From a virus (Duplodnaviria; Caudoviricetes), in the IMG/VR virus record IMGVR_UViG_3300006046_000010, positions 1 to 46,134 of that record: a DNA stretch of 46,134 nucleotides; one strand, given 5' to 3'. A program made the position numbers and the translations under genes. Positions within the stretch are counted from its first letter, which is position 1. The number at the start of each line of letters is the position of its first letter. Below the pieces are notes generated by a model. That model did not search any database. It saw only the letters and a list, made by a program, of their open reading frames with translations, and was not told the origin of the DNA. Of this stretch, positions 33,816 through 42,431 are shown piece by piece.

Positions 33816-35261
33816 TCATACTAACGATCCCTGAATTGCTCGGGCTCGATCCTCGAAGCGGGTGTATTCCTTGAAGAAGGTCAGTGCCACCTCACCGATC
33901 GGGCCATTGCGCTGCTTGCCGATTATGAGTTCGGCCTCCCCTGCCTTCTCGTGGCGCTCCTCCTCGTCTTCCGCGTAGATCTCGCCGCGGACCAGCAGGC
34001 CAACGAGGTCGGCGTCCTGTTCGATCGCACCGGACTCGCGAAGGTCTGACAGGCGGGGCTTGCCGCCTCCACGCCTCTCTGGTTCGCGGTTCAACTGTGC
34101 GAGCACCAGCACGGGGATGTGAAGCTCTTTGGCGAGGCCCTTGAGGGCGCCGGAGATGTAGGACACTTCCTGCTGTCTCTGGTCAGCTTTGAACCCTCTG
34201 GCTCGGAGGAGCTGGAGGTAATCCACGACGATGAACTTGATTCCCTTGTTCACCTTCATTCGGCGGGCTCTGGCGACCAGGGCGTCGATGTAGAGGCGCT
34301 CGTCGATGATGTGAAGCGGGGCTTCCATGATCTTGGATGACGCGGTGGTGATTGCCGGAAAGTCTCTCTGGCTCAGGAACCCGTCGCGCACCTTCTGCAA
34401 ATTTACACGCGCCCTGCTGCAGATGAGGCGCTGGACGAGTTGCTGTGTGCTCATTTCGAGGCTGAACACAAGGACTGGGATGCCGAGGTTGACCGCTACG
34501 TGCTCCGCGATGTTCATGCCCAATGCGGTCTTCCCCATGCTCGGGCGGCCGGCCAGGACGATCATGTCCTGAGGCTGCAGGCCGGAGGTCATCCGATCGA
34601 GGTCAGCGAATCCTGTGGCGAGCCCTGTGACGGCGCCCTTGGTCTCGTAGAGCCTCTCGATGCCCTCTATGGCCTCCATGACCGAATCCTTGATTGTCTG
34701 CTGTCTGTGGGATTCCGCGGGCCGTATCTCAAGCGTCCTGCGCTCCACGTCGCTCAGGAGTTCATTCACTTGGTCCTGATCGTCAAAGGCGCGTTCAATG
34801 CTCTCCGTGCTCGCGGCGATGATCTGGCGCAGGATGTATTTGTCCCGCAGGATCTCGGCGTAGTAGCTGACGTTGGCGGCTGTGGGAACTGACGTGTAGA
34901 GGCTGGTGACAAACGATGGGCCACCAACTGTGTCGAGGAGCTTCCTGTCCCGCAGGATTTGGGTGAAGATGATCAGGTCGAAAGTCTTCCGCTCTCTCCA
35001 GAGTTCCACGAGGGTATCGTAGATCGTCTGGTGGGCAGGGACGAAGAAGTAGTCGGTCGTCATTCCCCGCTCCACGCATTCACCGATCGCGTCGCGAGGG
35101 TTGACCAGCATTGAGCCAAGGACGCCATGCTCAGCCTCGATGCTGTGGGGTGGCGACCTGTCCGGCGCGTCTTTCTCTGGCTGGCTGTAGTTGCTTCTCT
35201 TCGGCTTGTCAGTCCCGTTGCGACTCAGCTTCGCGGGGCGCTTGACCTCCCGAGGCTTCAC
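33816..35261 (-). CDS. dnaB: Replicative DNA helicase DnaB
   Basis: PPHSIEAE, AGRPSMGKT, FSLEM, VVDYLQL, AQLNR, LSDLRESGAIEQDAD, KQRNGP. Confidence 0.97.
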   Translation of the reverse strand: MKPREVKRPAKLSRNGTDKPKRSNYSQPEKDAPDRSPPHSIEAEHGVLGSMLVNPRDAIGECVERGMTTDYFFVPAHQTIYDTLVELWRERKTFDLIIFTQILRDRKLLDTVGGPSFVTSLYTSVPTAANVSYYAEILRDKYILRQIIAASTESIERAFDDQDQVNELLSDVERRTLEIRPAESHRQQTIKDSVMEAIEGIERLYETKGAVTGLATGFADLDRMTSGLQPQDMIVLAGRPSMGKTALGMNIAEHVAVNLGIPVLVFSLEMSTQQLVQRLICSRARVNLQKVRDGFLSQRDFPAITTASSKIMEAPLHIIDERLYIDALVARARRMKVNKGIKFIVVDYLQLLRARGFKADQRQQEVSYISGALKGLAKELHIPVLVLAQLNREPERRGGGKPRLSDLRESGAIEQDADLVGLLVRGEIYAEDEEERHEKAGEAELIIGKQRNGPIGEVALTFFKEYTRFEDRARAIQGSLV

Positions 35262-36061
35262 GCTTTCACCGCCTTTTTGTCGGCGATGAATTCATTGCGA
35301 ATGAACTCGCGGCAGGCTGAGAACTTCTTCCCAGCGCAGATCTCGTGATACTCGGGGTGTTTAGCGAGCCATTCCTGCCAGCCGGCGGGGTCGCCGGTTG
35401 AGTGCTGCCCGTTCTTGCCGTTCGATCCGTTGCGCTCCTCGTGGTGCGACTTCCAGGTGTTGAGCGCGGAGACCCAGCTAACCATCGGCATCCGGCCGAC
35501 CTTCCATCCTCGCGATTCATGCCAGTCGAGGAACTTCTTGGCCTCCCTGATATCAAGGCTGATGATGGAGCATTGGACTTGGATTTCCTTGAGGGTTGGT
35601 GGAGTGAATTTTTTCCTGCCTTTTGCTCCATTGAGATTGAGAGCGAGAGGCGCAGCCTCCTTGCTAGTAGTCTCTGAAGTAGTCTTTGAGATAGTCGAAG
35701 GTGGGAATCCATCCTCCCCGACGCCACCATTCCCACCTTCCCGAAGGTGGGATTTCAACCTTCGGGAGAGTTCAGGGATGTTCACCCTGTAATACAGGCG
35801 GTGATTCAGTCGGTCAGGACGCTCTTCCCAGAAGCCGGATTTGCGCAGCGCCTTTCGGGAGGTTTCCTGTTCCCATCGGGATAGGCCGGTTTCGTCACGC
35901 CATTCGTCACGACTTTTGTAGAACCACCCGTCTTTGTCATTAGTCCTGCGACTCCAGTAGATCGCCTGTGACAGCATGAGCGCCGCGTGAACAGAGCCGG
36001 TGACTGTGACGAGTGGGCGGTGAAAAGCTATCGGTCGATCGAGCAGATCGAGTAGTGTCAT
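35258..36061 (-). CDS. Phage replication initiator (O-like wHTH) upstream of DnaB
   Basis: DRPIAF, LSQAIYW, DGWFYKS..EW..ETGLSR.EQ; C-terminal FTPPT..F..W.SRGWKVG..M..W. Confidence 0.85.
   Translation of the reverse strand: MTLLDLLDRPIAFHRPLVTVTGSVHAALMLSQAIYWSRRTNDKDGWFYKSRDEWRDETGLSRWEQETSRKALRKSGFWEERPDRLNHRLYYRVNIPELSRRLKSHLREGGNGGVGEDGFPPSTISKTTSETTSKEAAPLALNLNGAKGRKKFTPPTLKEIQVQCSIISLDIREAKKFLDWHESRGWKVGRMPMVSWVSALNTWKSHHEERNGSNGKNGQHSTGDPAGWQEWLAKHPEYHEICAGKKFSACREFIRNEFIADKKAVKA
35667..35767. repeat. Iteron-like repeat cluster inside the initiator gene (candidate ori)
   Basis: GAAGGTGGGA at 35697 and 35743, inverted copy at 35731; TCCCGAAGGT/ACCTTCGGGA inverted pair; GTAGTCTYTGA twice. 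Confidence 0.6.
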
Positions 36062-36159
36062 GCTGCTGCCTCCAGCCGCTCAGTCCCTCGCCCCATCTCG
36101 AAGTCGGCCCCTGGCGTGGCACTTGAGACGAGGGATTGAACGGTTGTAGGAATTAGCAT
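36058..36159 (-). CDS. 33-aa leader ORF coupled to the initiator (not in ORF track)
   Basis: MLIPTTVQSLVSSATPGADFEMGRGTERLEAAA; TGA overlaps the initiator ATG; AACCGAA upstream. Confidence 0.5.
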   Translation of the reverse strand: MLIPTTVQSLVSSATPGADFEMGRGTERLEAAA

Positions 36160-36213
36160 ATGCCAGGTTTTCGGTTGCGCAACAGGCTTCGAGTTCTGTC
36201 GCGCAGGACACTT

Positions 36214-36240
36214 TTACCTGGACTCGATCGTTCAGGTCAA
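36214..36240 (-). promoter_or_regulatory. Putative promoter TTGACC-N14-CAGGTAA for the replication operon
   Basis: A-tract upstream; lies in the divergent intergenic region. Confidence 0.4.
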
Positions 36241-36291
36241 GCACAATTTTTTAACTGAAGCGGTAAACTTAACTGAAAGGAACTGAAGTCT

Positions 36292-36453
36292 ATGAAGTGC
36301 AAAGCATGTAAGGGAACAGGAAAGTCAGCGAAGCCAGGAGTGGACTGCTTCGTGTGTAACGGAGGCGGCGAGATGTGCGACAAGTGCGGAGAGGCGACCA
36401 ATGAGCCGGGACAAAATATCTGCGATCAATGCGCGGAGGAAACGGAAGAATGA
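36292..36453 (+). CDS. 53-aa Cys-rich zinc-finger protein, DnaJ-CR type (not in ORF track)
   Basis: MKCKACKGTG..CFVCNGGG..CDKC..CDQC; GAAAGG SD; ATGA overlap with the next gene. Confidence 0.8.
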   Translation: MKCKACKGTGKSAKPGVDCFVCNGGGEMCDKCGEATNEPGQNICDQCAEETEE

Positions 36454-38144
36454 GCACTCCAGAAAAGACTTCAGGGAAACAGGAGGCGGTCACTGAATCC
36501 GTTGAGGCGAGGGATTCGGGATTACCGGGAGGCGTAGAAGCAGCCACCCACGTCCGACAGAACGAGCGTCAGCACCTTATCGTTAGCGCGGGGTATTGGT
36601 TCAAAGGTTCACGCAAGGCGCAGGACGAGGGTAAGCACGCCGAAGCGGTCATGGCTATGGAGAACGCATACAACCACATTGAGAACGCTCTGGCGGCGTG
36701 CAACGACTTCATTGATGCGTATTTCGTCCGAGGCGTCACGCGCTTCCCTGACGGTCGGACTTACCGCGAGCACGCAAAGGAACTTCTGTCTCGGACGGGT
36801 GGCAACTCACTCGGAGTCAGTGTTTCGTCCCCAACTCCCCCTTCCGTCCCCGTAGCAGGTGCGCGGTTTGGAACTGGAAATTGGCGACACGCTAACGGCC
36901 TTTTGATATGCGGCACGCTCCGTATCGCCAAGGCCGATTTCGACACCGACCCAAGCGATGAGTTCAAAGCCGAAATATTCGACCAAATCTGCGAAGCCAT
37001 GAACGCTCCCGTAGCAGGTGCGCCCGAGTATTCAGATTTTGAAGCCGGGCAACATGACCTAATGTTTCACTGTGAATGGGCAGTATTTCCAAAGTCGCAT
37101 CCAGAAAGTAGCCTTTGTTACACGACCAGCGAAGAACGCGCTAAGTGGATTAGCGACCGCTTGAATTTGGCGAATCGCGCAGGTGCGCCCGTAGAGCAGA
37201 CGGATTTAGGGGAACCGGATGCGCCAGCGGACAACGTTAGCGCCGTCCTACAGAAAGAGATTCAAGACTCATTCGCTCTCGCTGAGAGTCAGCACGCAGC
37301 CGAGAAGTTGAGCGGCAACGTCGTCAAGCTGGAATACTGGAAGGGCGAACTTGCCGTCCTTCACCGGATGCGACGACTTCTGTCCGAGCACTCCAACGCG
37401 AACCAGCCAACGCTTCCGGTAACTCCAAAACCTTCCCTTCCCTTACGTTCCGTAGAGCAGGAAAGGTGGACGCTGCGACAATGGGACAACCAGCGCGGAT
37501 ATGTGAGCGAGGAGTTCACTGAGATTTACTGCGGAGACACGCTCATTCAAGGCGACCTAATCCAAAGTGAGGCTCAGGCAATCATCGACGCCCACAACAC
37601 AGTCCTCGACCGACTGACGCAGAAGCGAGACGAGGCGTTGAAAAAGGTTTCCGAAAACGACGACTTCATGGCGTTCATGACAGCGGAGCTAGACAACTTC
37701 CCATGCTGCCATCAAGACAAAGGGCATCATTCCACGCCGCCGATGATGTGGCCGGAACTGATTGCCTGCATACGCAAAAAGGGAATCCAAGACGCTCAAC
37801 AAGCCAGTTCTAACGCATCGGGGGTTGCGGCAAAGGAGGAAACGTGGGGCAGGCAGCACCGATGGAATATCGAAGATACTGCTACAGGCATCCGTATTTG
37901 TCGCGGCGAACACGACAGGTCTGAACCTTGTAAATGGGAGGAATACGAGTATCCCGTTAAGCCTGCTGCTTCCGGTGCGCCCACGGAGACAGACGAGGAG
38001 ATTGCGAGACTTACAGCGGAACAAATGCCGCTGATGTTCAATCGACCTTATGGCATGTATGCCGAGGAAGTTGAGGACGCTTACAAGATCATCCTCGCCG
38101 CTCTCCGCAAAGTCAGAGCCGGTGCGCCCAAGAAATCCAGCTAG
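36450..38144 (+). CDS. Mosaic multi-module hypothetical protein
   Basis: Start at MSTPEK; short unrelated modules joined by PVAGAP/PVEQ linkers with DNA repeats. Confidence 0.75.
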   Translation: MSTPEKTSGKQEAVTESVEARDSGLPGGVEAATHVRQNERQHLIVSAGYWFKGSRKAQDEGKHAEAVMAMENAYNHIENALAACNDFIDAYFVRGVTRFPDGRTYREHAKELLSRTGGNSLGVSVSSPTPPSVPVAGARFGTGNWRHANGLLICGTLRIAKADFDTDPSDEFKAEIFDQICEAMNAPVAGAPEYSDFEAGQHDLMFHCEWAVFPKSHPESSLCYTTSEERAKWISDRLNLANRAGAPVEQTDLGEPDAPADNVSAVLQKEIQDSFALAESQHAAEKLSGNVVKLEYWKGELAVLHRMRRLLSEHSNANQPTLPVTPKPSLPLRSVEQERWTLRQWDNQRGYVSEEFTEIYCGDTLIQGDLIQSEAQAIIDAHNTVLDRLTQKRDEALKKVSENDDFMAFMTAELDNFPCCHQDKGHHSTPPMMWPELIACIRKKGIQDAQQASSNASGVAAKEETWGRQHRWNIEDTATGIRICRGEHDRSEPCKWEEYEYPVKPAASGAPTETDEEIARLTAEQMPLMFNRPYGMYAEEVEDAYKIILAALRKVRAGAPKKSS

Positions 38145-38368
38145 AGGGGCAGCTCGGGGTGTAGTTCGGTAAGCCAGTTTGAGTCGAGCCGAGCGCTTCG
38201 ACCTTTCGGGTTTACCACGATAACCATGTAGCCGGACTCGCACCTGCATCGTTCTACCAGCGTGACGGTGCAGTTGCCGAGCCGGTTCTCCCAGCGCTCC
38301 CATCTATCCCACAGCTCAAGCGAGACCCCATCCCCAACCTGGAACCGACAGGGTTTTACGGGGTCCAT
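38141..38368 (-). CDS. Small SH3-like hypothetical protein
   Basis: FQVGD.V..., LDSNWL; start at MDPVKP. Confidence 0.6.
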   Translation of the reverse strand: MDPVKPCRFQVGDGVSLELWDRWERWENRLGNCTVTLVERCRCESGYMVIVVNPKGRSARLDSNWLTELHPELPL

Positions 38369-38565
38369 AGCGACAGGAACTTCTGCTTCGTGATCTTCCT
38401 GCAGTCGCCACACCAGCGATTGATTATCGGATCATCAGATTCCTGGACGTGTGCGAGGCCGCAGCGGCACCTGTAGTTGCCGTGACGCCTCCGCCGGTCC
38501 TCGGAGCCGCCCTGGCCTATCAGGGACCCCGCCACGGCCTTCCTGGCGCGTGCTGCCGGCATCAC
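38356..38565 (-). CDS. Small Zn-ribbon protein
   Basis: YRCRCG..WCGDC; overlaps its neighbours. Confidence 0.6.
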   Translation of the reverse strand: MMPAARARKAVAGSLIGQGGSEDRRRRHGNYRCRCGLAHVQESDDPIINRWCGDCRKITKQKFLSLWTP

Positions 38566-38816
38566 AGAGTCTCTTCGACTTGCTCCAGGAACGCTTCCAT
38601 CGCCTTGGCTCGGGCATACATATCCCCTGAGCCGTAAGCGAACCGAGTGGTGGTGCCATCCAGTTCCAGCTTGGTGCCAACAACCTGGATGCTGGAGACG
38701 TGCTCGCTCAACTGGACAACGTGACGGGCGATCATTTGGCTGATCGCGTCGTTGGTCTGCCGGTCGTTCAGCACCGGCTTGAGCTTCCCTGCGTTGTTCT
38801 TTTCTTCCTTGGCCAT
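38562..38816 (-). CDS. Hypothetical protein (MAKEEKNN...)
   Basis: 84 aa; GAAAGGT SD; GSGDMYAR motif. Confidence 0.7.
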   Translation of the reverse strand: MAKEEKNNAGKLKPVLNDRQTNDAISQMIARHVVQLSEHVSSIQVVGTKLELDGTTTRFAYGSGDMYARAKAMEAFLEQVEETL

Positions 38817-38827
38817 GTAATACCTTT

Positions 38828-39103
38828 CTATTTCAACTGGCGCTGCAGATCCCGCAGCTCCTTGATGTATGGGGTTTCTGCGTTCATCGCGAATCGTTTG
38901 TCCGGGGTTACGAGCCGGCACATCCCGCCGTCGATCAGGGCGACCTCATAAAGGCGCCAGAAGGGCTTTGCGTGGAACGGCTTCATGAGGACGTTCACCT
39001 TGTCCCCGAGCTGCAGGTCGCTGGTGGGCTCGATCCCTGGACCCCGAGCTACGATCTTTGGTAGTGGGCGGAACGGTGGTGCGGGTAATGGTTCTTTTGT
39101 CAT
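38828..39103 (-). CDS. Hypothetical protein, SH3-like
   Basis: 91 aa; LQLGDKV; ATG directly after the upstream stop. Confidence 0.7.
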   Translation of the reverse strand: MTKEPLPAPPFRPLPKIVARGPGIEPTSDLQLGDKVNVLMKPFHAKPFWRLYEVALIDGGMCRLVTPDKRFAMNAETPYIKELRDLQRQLK

Positions 39104-39859
39104 TTAGTCGTCCAGTGTGATTGCGCGTGGCTCCCGTTGTGGGACCAGCATGGATTCTACGGTTGGCTCCTTTTTCTCAAGTAGGCCCTCAGCTAACGCT
39201 ATGGCTTCGTCGCGCTGCCTAATCAATGTTTCCACTTTGGAATTGATCTCCCTGATCTGGTCCTCGCTTAGCGTCGCCTCATCCCCCACTGGATACATCG
39301 GGGGAATTATGGAGGGAGTGCGGGGGGTGGGGAATGGATTGACCTTCCTGAGGCAGGCCACGAGCCCTCCTTCCCGCATTAAGGTTTCGTCGGAGACCGG
39401 AAAGTCAACCGCAACGTTATGGCAGCGGAATCGAGCGATGACTTGACGGGTCGCCTCATCCCTGAACATATCGCTGATGGCGATCTCCTTGCTGCACTTC
39501 CCGCACCACCACCTCAGGTCGGCAGCCTCCATAGGCACTCGACTCCTGCCGGCACTCCAGGCTCGGTAGTCGATGCTACCGCCAACCCCAGTCGCCTTAC
39601 GCTTATTCTGCTCCTGAGGGATTCCACTGAACGGCCGGTAGCCCTTGAGGCGTCGAGGATTAGCTATTTGAGCTTCGCTGAGTTCAAGGAATTCGGACTC
39701 GCCGTGACAGGTAAACACAATTCCTTTGGCTCCCGTGACAACGCCAGTTATGAACTGGGCAGCCACTCTGGCGCTCTTGCAGGTGCCACACCTGAAGTCG
39801 ATCAAGTCCCCGATCCTCGCGAGAGGGTCGTCGAGTATGTTGGGTATGCTGCGAGGCAT
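39104..39859 (-). CDS. Protein with two tandem CxxC...CH Zn-binding repeats, ending RAITLDD
   Basis: FRCGTC..FTCHG and WWCGKC..FRCHN. Confidence 0.75.
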   Translation of the reverse strand: MPRSIPNILDDPLARIGDLIDFRCGTCKSARVAAQFITGVVTGAKGIVFTCHGESEFLELSEAQIANPRRLKGYRPFSGIPQEQNKRKATGVGGSIDYRAWSAGRSRVPMEAADLRWWCGKCSKEIAISDMFRDEATRQVIARFRCHNVAVDFPVSDETLMREGGLVACLRKVNPFPTPRTPSIIPPMYPVGDEATLSEDQIREINSKVETLIRQRDEAIALAEGLLEKKEPTVESMLVPQREPRAITLDD

Positions 39860-39860
39860 A

Positions 39861-40100
39861 TCAGTCTGGCAGCTTACGAAGTTTCGACCGTTCCATCCAG
39901 CGAGTTTTCAACTCCTTGGGCTTGTGGTCGTGGTCAGCATGGACCGTCGTGGGTTTACTGCTCTTCCTGGGCCTAATCACAGGCACGAGAAGGGCCTCGC
40001 CGCGGGCCTTGAGGTTGAGTGTGTCAGACACGACACCGCGAAGCTTGCGATCCTTCTGGACGAAGTAGACGCGATCACCAGGTTTCAGTTCAGTGCTCAT
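39861..40100 (-). CDS. Small basic SH3/KOW-like protein
   Basis: LKPGDRVYF..GVV..W...LRKL. Confidence 0.65.
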   Translation of the reverse strand: MSTELKPGDRVYFVQKDRKLRGVVSDTLNLKARGEALLVPVIRPRKSSKPTTVHADHDHKPKELKTRWMERSKLRKLPD

Positions 40101-40270
40101 GGCTTTCTCTCAACGGCTAGTCCGTCTTTCAGGCCAGCGCTGTAGGCGGCGTTCCAGACCTTCTCCGGCTCTGGCGTTGTGAGCGGTCGGCTCACCCACT
40201 CCCTGAAGAGTTTCCTGCAGCGCCGCTGGAGGTTGTAGGATTGCCTTGGGGTCAGGTCTCGAAGGGTCAT
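40097..40270 (-). CDS. 57-aa hypothetical protein (not in ORF track)
   Basis: MTLRDLTPRQSYNLQRRCRKLFREW...VWNAAYSAGLKDG; ATGA overlaps at both ends. Confidence 0.7.
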   Translation of the reverse strand: MTLRDLTPRQSYNLQRRCRKLFREWVSRPLTTPEPEKVWNAAYSAGLKDGLAVERKP

Positions 40271-41502
40271 GACGCCTTCCTGTTGAGAGCCTCGTCAGCC
40301 CGCTTGATGTATTCCGCTTCCATCCGAATCTTCGGGTCTTCGCTCTCCAGCCCAGAGGCGGTCTTCTCGGCAATCGTCCTGATATCCTCAGCAAGGAAGT
40401 CCCCGAGTCTCTTCCCTCGGAGCGTCTTGCTCTTGACGTATTGAAGCACGTAATCCTCCCATGGAATCTCCTTCGGCTCCGGCTCGCCATTGAGGTGTAG
40501 CTCGGGCTCGGCAGACCCAGGCAGCTCTCCTGTGGGAGCTTCAAACTCGTGACCGAGCGCGAGGTCCGCGTGCATGTCTCGCGGGTAGCCGCAGGTCGTG
40601 TTGCCGATCTTGGAAACGCAGAATGGGCCTGATGGAATCTGGTCGTTCTCCAAGTCCATGTCGGCCAGCTTGACGCGCAGCTCTGAGGCGAGCCCGAGCA
40701 GCTCGCTCTTCCTGGCGGGCTTTGCGGTCTTGGCATCCTCCACGTATTGATCGATCATCGCCTGGATAGCTTTGCGATCGCGAGGGTCAGGAGCGTTGAG
40801 TGACCTGTCTGTCAGCTCTGCGCGTTCAAGCTTCTCAGCGTCGATGATATCGTGAACCTCCTCCGGCGAGTAGATGCCCGCTATGAGTCCTGGCGCCACC
40901 AACCGCACGCCCTCTGTGACCACGCGAGCAGTGAGCATCTGGCGGGGCGACTGCTTCCAGTTGGTTTTCGTCACCGCTTTGCGCTCTCCGTTGACTTCCT
41001 TCCATGAGGTCGTCAACCCCTTCTCTTCAGCATCCCCGTAGGTGCGGATGATTGTTTCCTCTCCGTCCATGCTGAGCTTGGCCAGCTCACCCACGATCGC
41101 CGTGGCCTTCACAGGATCATCCTCGCCTTCAAGGTCCCACAGCTTCTCGAAGCGGGTGATCGCTCGACCTCTGGCTTCGTTGTTCAGCTTGGCCTTCTCC
41201 GCGAAGAAGGTGGCGGCGCACAACTGGTCCGTGCGGGCGTGCCAGATGATCGCCCCGCCCTTAGCGAGGAACTCGGCAGCCATAGCGTCCGCCCGCATAG
41301 AGGGCTTGCCTTCGATCAGGTGGTAGCGCTTGAGTGCGGTTATCGGGTCGAGACCCTCTGACTGGCAGATGGCGAAGAGGCAGAGCGCCTGCTCGGGTTT
41401 GCTGATGCCGAACATGCCGCTGCCGGCCGCGGCTTTAGCGAGTCTCTCCATGTCCGCGTAGGGCATGGGAGTTCTGACTGCGAGTTGCTGATCATTTTCC
41501 AT
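40267..41502 (-). CDS. RecT/Redbeta-like single-strand annealing protein
   Basis: GLDP..AL..IEGKPSM.A, DA..KGL, NWKQSPRQML.AR..GIYSPEE. Confidence 0.8.
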   Translation of the reverse strand: MENDQQLAVRTPMPYADMERLAKAAAGSGMFGISKPEQALCLFAICQSEGLDPITALKRYHLIEGKPSMRADAMAAEFLAKGGAIIWHARTDQLCAATFFAEKAKLNNEARGRAITRFEKLWDLEGEDDPVKATAIVGELAKLSMDGEETIIRTYGDAEEKGLTTSWKEVNGERKAVTKTNWKQSPRQMLTARVVTEGVRLVAPGLIAGIYSPEEVHDIIDAEKLERAELTDRSLNAPDPRDRKAIQAMIDQYVEDAKTAKPARKSELLGLASELRVKLADMDLENDQIPSGPFCVSKIGNTTCGYPRDMHADLALGHEFEAPTGELPGSAEPELHLNGEPEPKEIPWEDYVLQYVKSKTLRGKRLGDFLAEDIRTIAEKTASGLESEDPKIRMEAEYIKRADEALNRKAS

Positions 41503-41719
41503 AGTTCATAGCTGCGAGGTTGAATTTGACGAGTGCTTCCTGGAGGGAGTTACCGCCGAAGTTTTGGTTGTCCAGCCCGTCGAGTCCGGGCTGGATCGAG
41601 ATTACGTGTTCGATGTATCTTCCGACGCTGGAGCCGTGGTAGTAGCACGTCTCGCTAATGACGATGGTCCGGCTGGGGAATCGGGTTGCCAGCGCATCAA
41701 GGACTTCCGTGGCGGTCAT
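41492..41719 (-). CDS. Hypothetical protein (MTATEVL...)
   Basis: 75 aa; ATGA overlap. Confidence 0.65.
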   Translation of the reverse strand: MTATEVLDALATRFPSRTIVISETCYYHGSSVGRYIEHVISIQPGLDGLDNQNFGGNSLQEALVKFNLAAMNYGK

Positions 41720-42357
41720 GACTTCAGTCTCGGGGTTGTCGCACGGGCAGCGAAGGCCACCTTCGGCGTTGCCGTGACTCCGGCGGGCGTGATGCCGATT
41801 TTCAGGAGATCCGTGATGGCCATGTTCTTCGCGGTCAACTCCACGCACTGCGGGTGGGCCGCGTAGAGCGCCTTGATGTCGGTCACCACGATATCCCAAC
41901 CCTGCCGTAAAGCCCCGCCAGTGGGCCTCTGGATCTTTTCCGCTGCTTCGAGCCGTTCCTCCGCTTCAAGCGCTGAGGCGAGGCTGGCGCTGCTTGCGAT
42001 GGCCTGCTTCTCGCGCTCCTTAGCTTTCTCGCGCTCCACCTCGAACTCGCCAACGAGAAGTCCGATCCGAGCCTTCTCGCCCGTCAGGATGGAGACGTGC
42101 TCCCTGGAGACACGATCTATCTCTCGTGACATTTGCAGGAAGGGCTCTTTGACTTCAACGCGGCTCTTCTCCACAGCCTTCAGGTGGGTAGCGATATCGC
42201 CTGCTATTGCGATCGCTCGATCACGGTCTTTCTCGTTTGTGATCGGACCAGTTGTGAGTGCTTGATGGAGCAGGTTCTTTTTAACCTCCCTGGCTTCATC
42301 GCTGATCGCGAGAGTCGGAGAGGTTCCTACGGCAGGGACAATGAGAAGTTCAGACAT
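41716..42357 (-). CDS. Coiled-coil phage protein typical of recombination modules
   Basis: K.VEK.R..VKEPF...ID; W...VTD..LY motif; first gene of the operon. Confidence 0.7.
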   Translation of the reverse strand: MSELLIVPAVGTSPTLAISDEAREVKKNLLHQALTTGPITNEKDRDRAIAIAGDIATHLKAVEKSRVEVKEPFLQMSREIDRVSREHVSILTGEKARIGLLVGEFEVEREKAKEREKQAIASSASLASALEAEERLEAAEKIQRPTGGALRQGWDIVVTDIKALYAAHPQCVELTAKNMAITDLLKIGITPAGVTATPKVAFAARATTPRLKS

Positions 42358-42394
42358 AGATTTCGGATTCTGTTAAGTTCGGTTTCAGGAGGCC

Positions 42395-42422
42395 ATTGTG
42401 CGGTTCTCCCCGATGATTGCAA
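42395..42422 (-). promoter_or_regulatory. Putative sigma70-like promoter TTGCAA-N16-CACAAT
   Basis: Between the terL stop and the recombination operon; A-rich UP-like segment. Confidence 0.4.
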
Positions 42423-42431
42423 GCTTTATTT

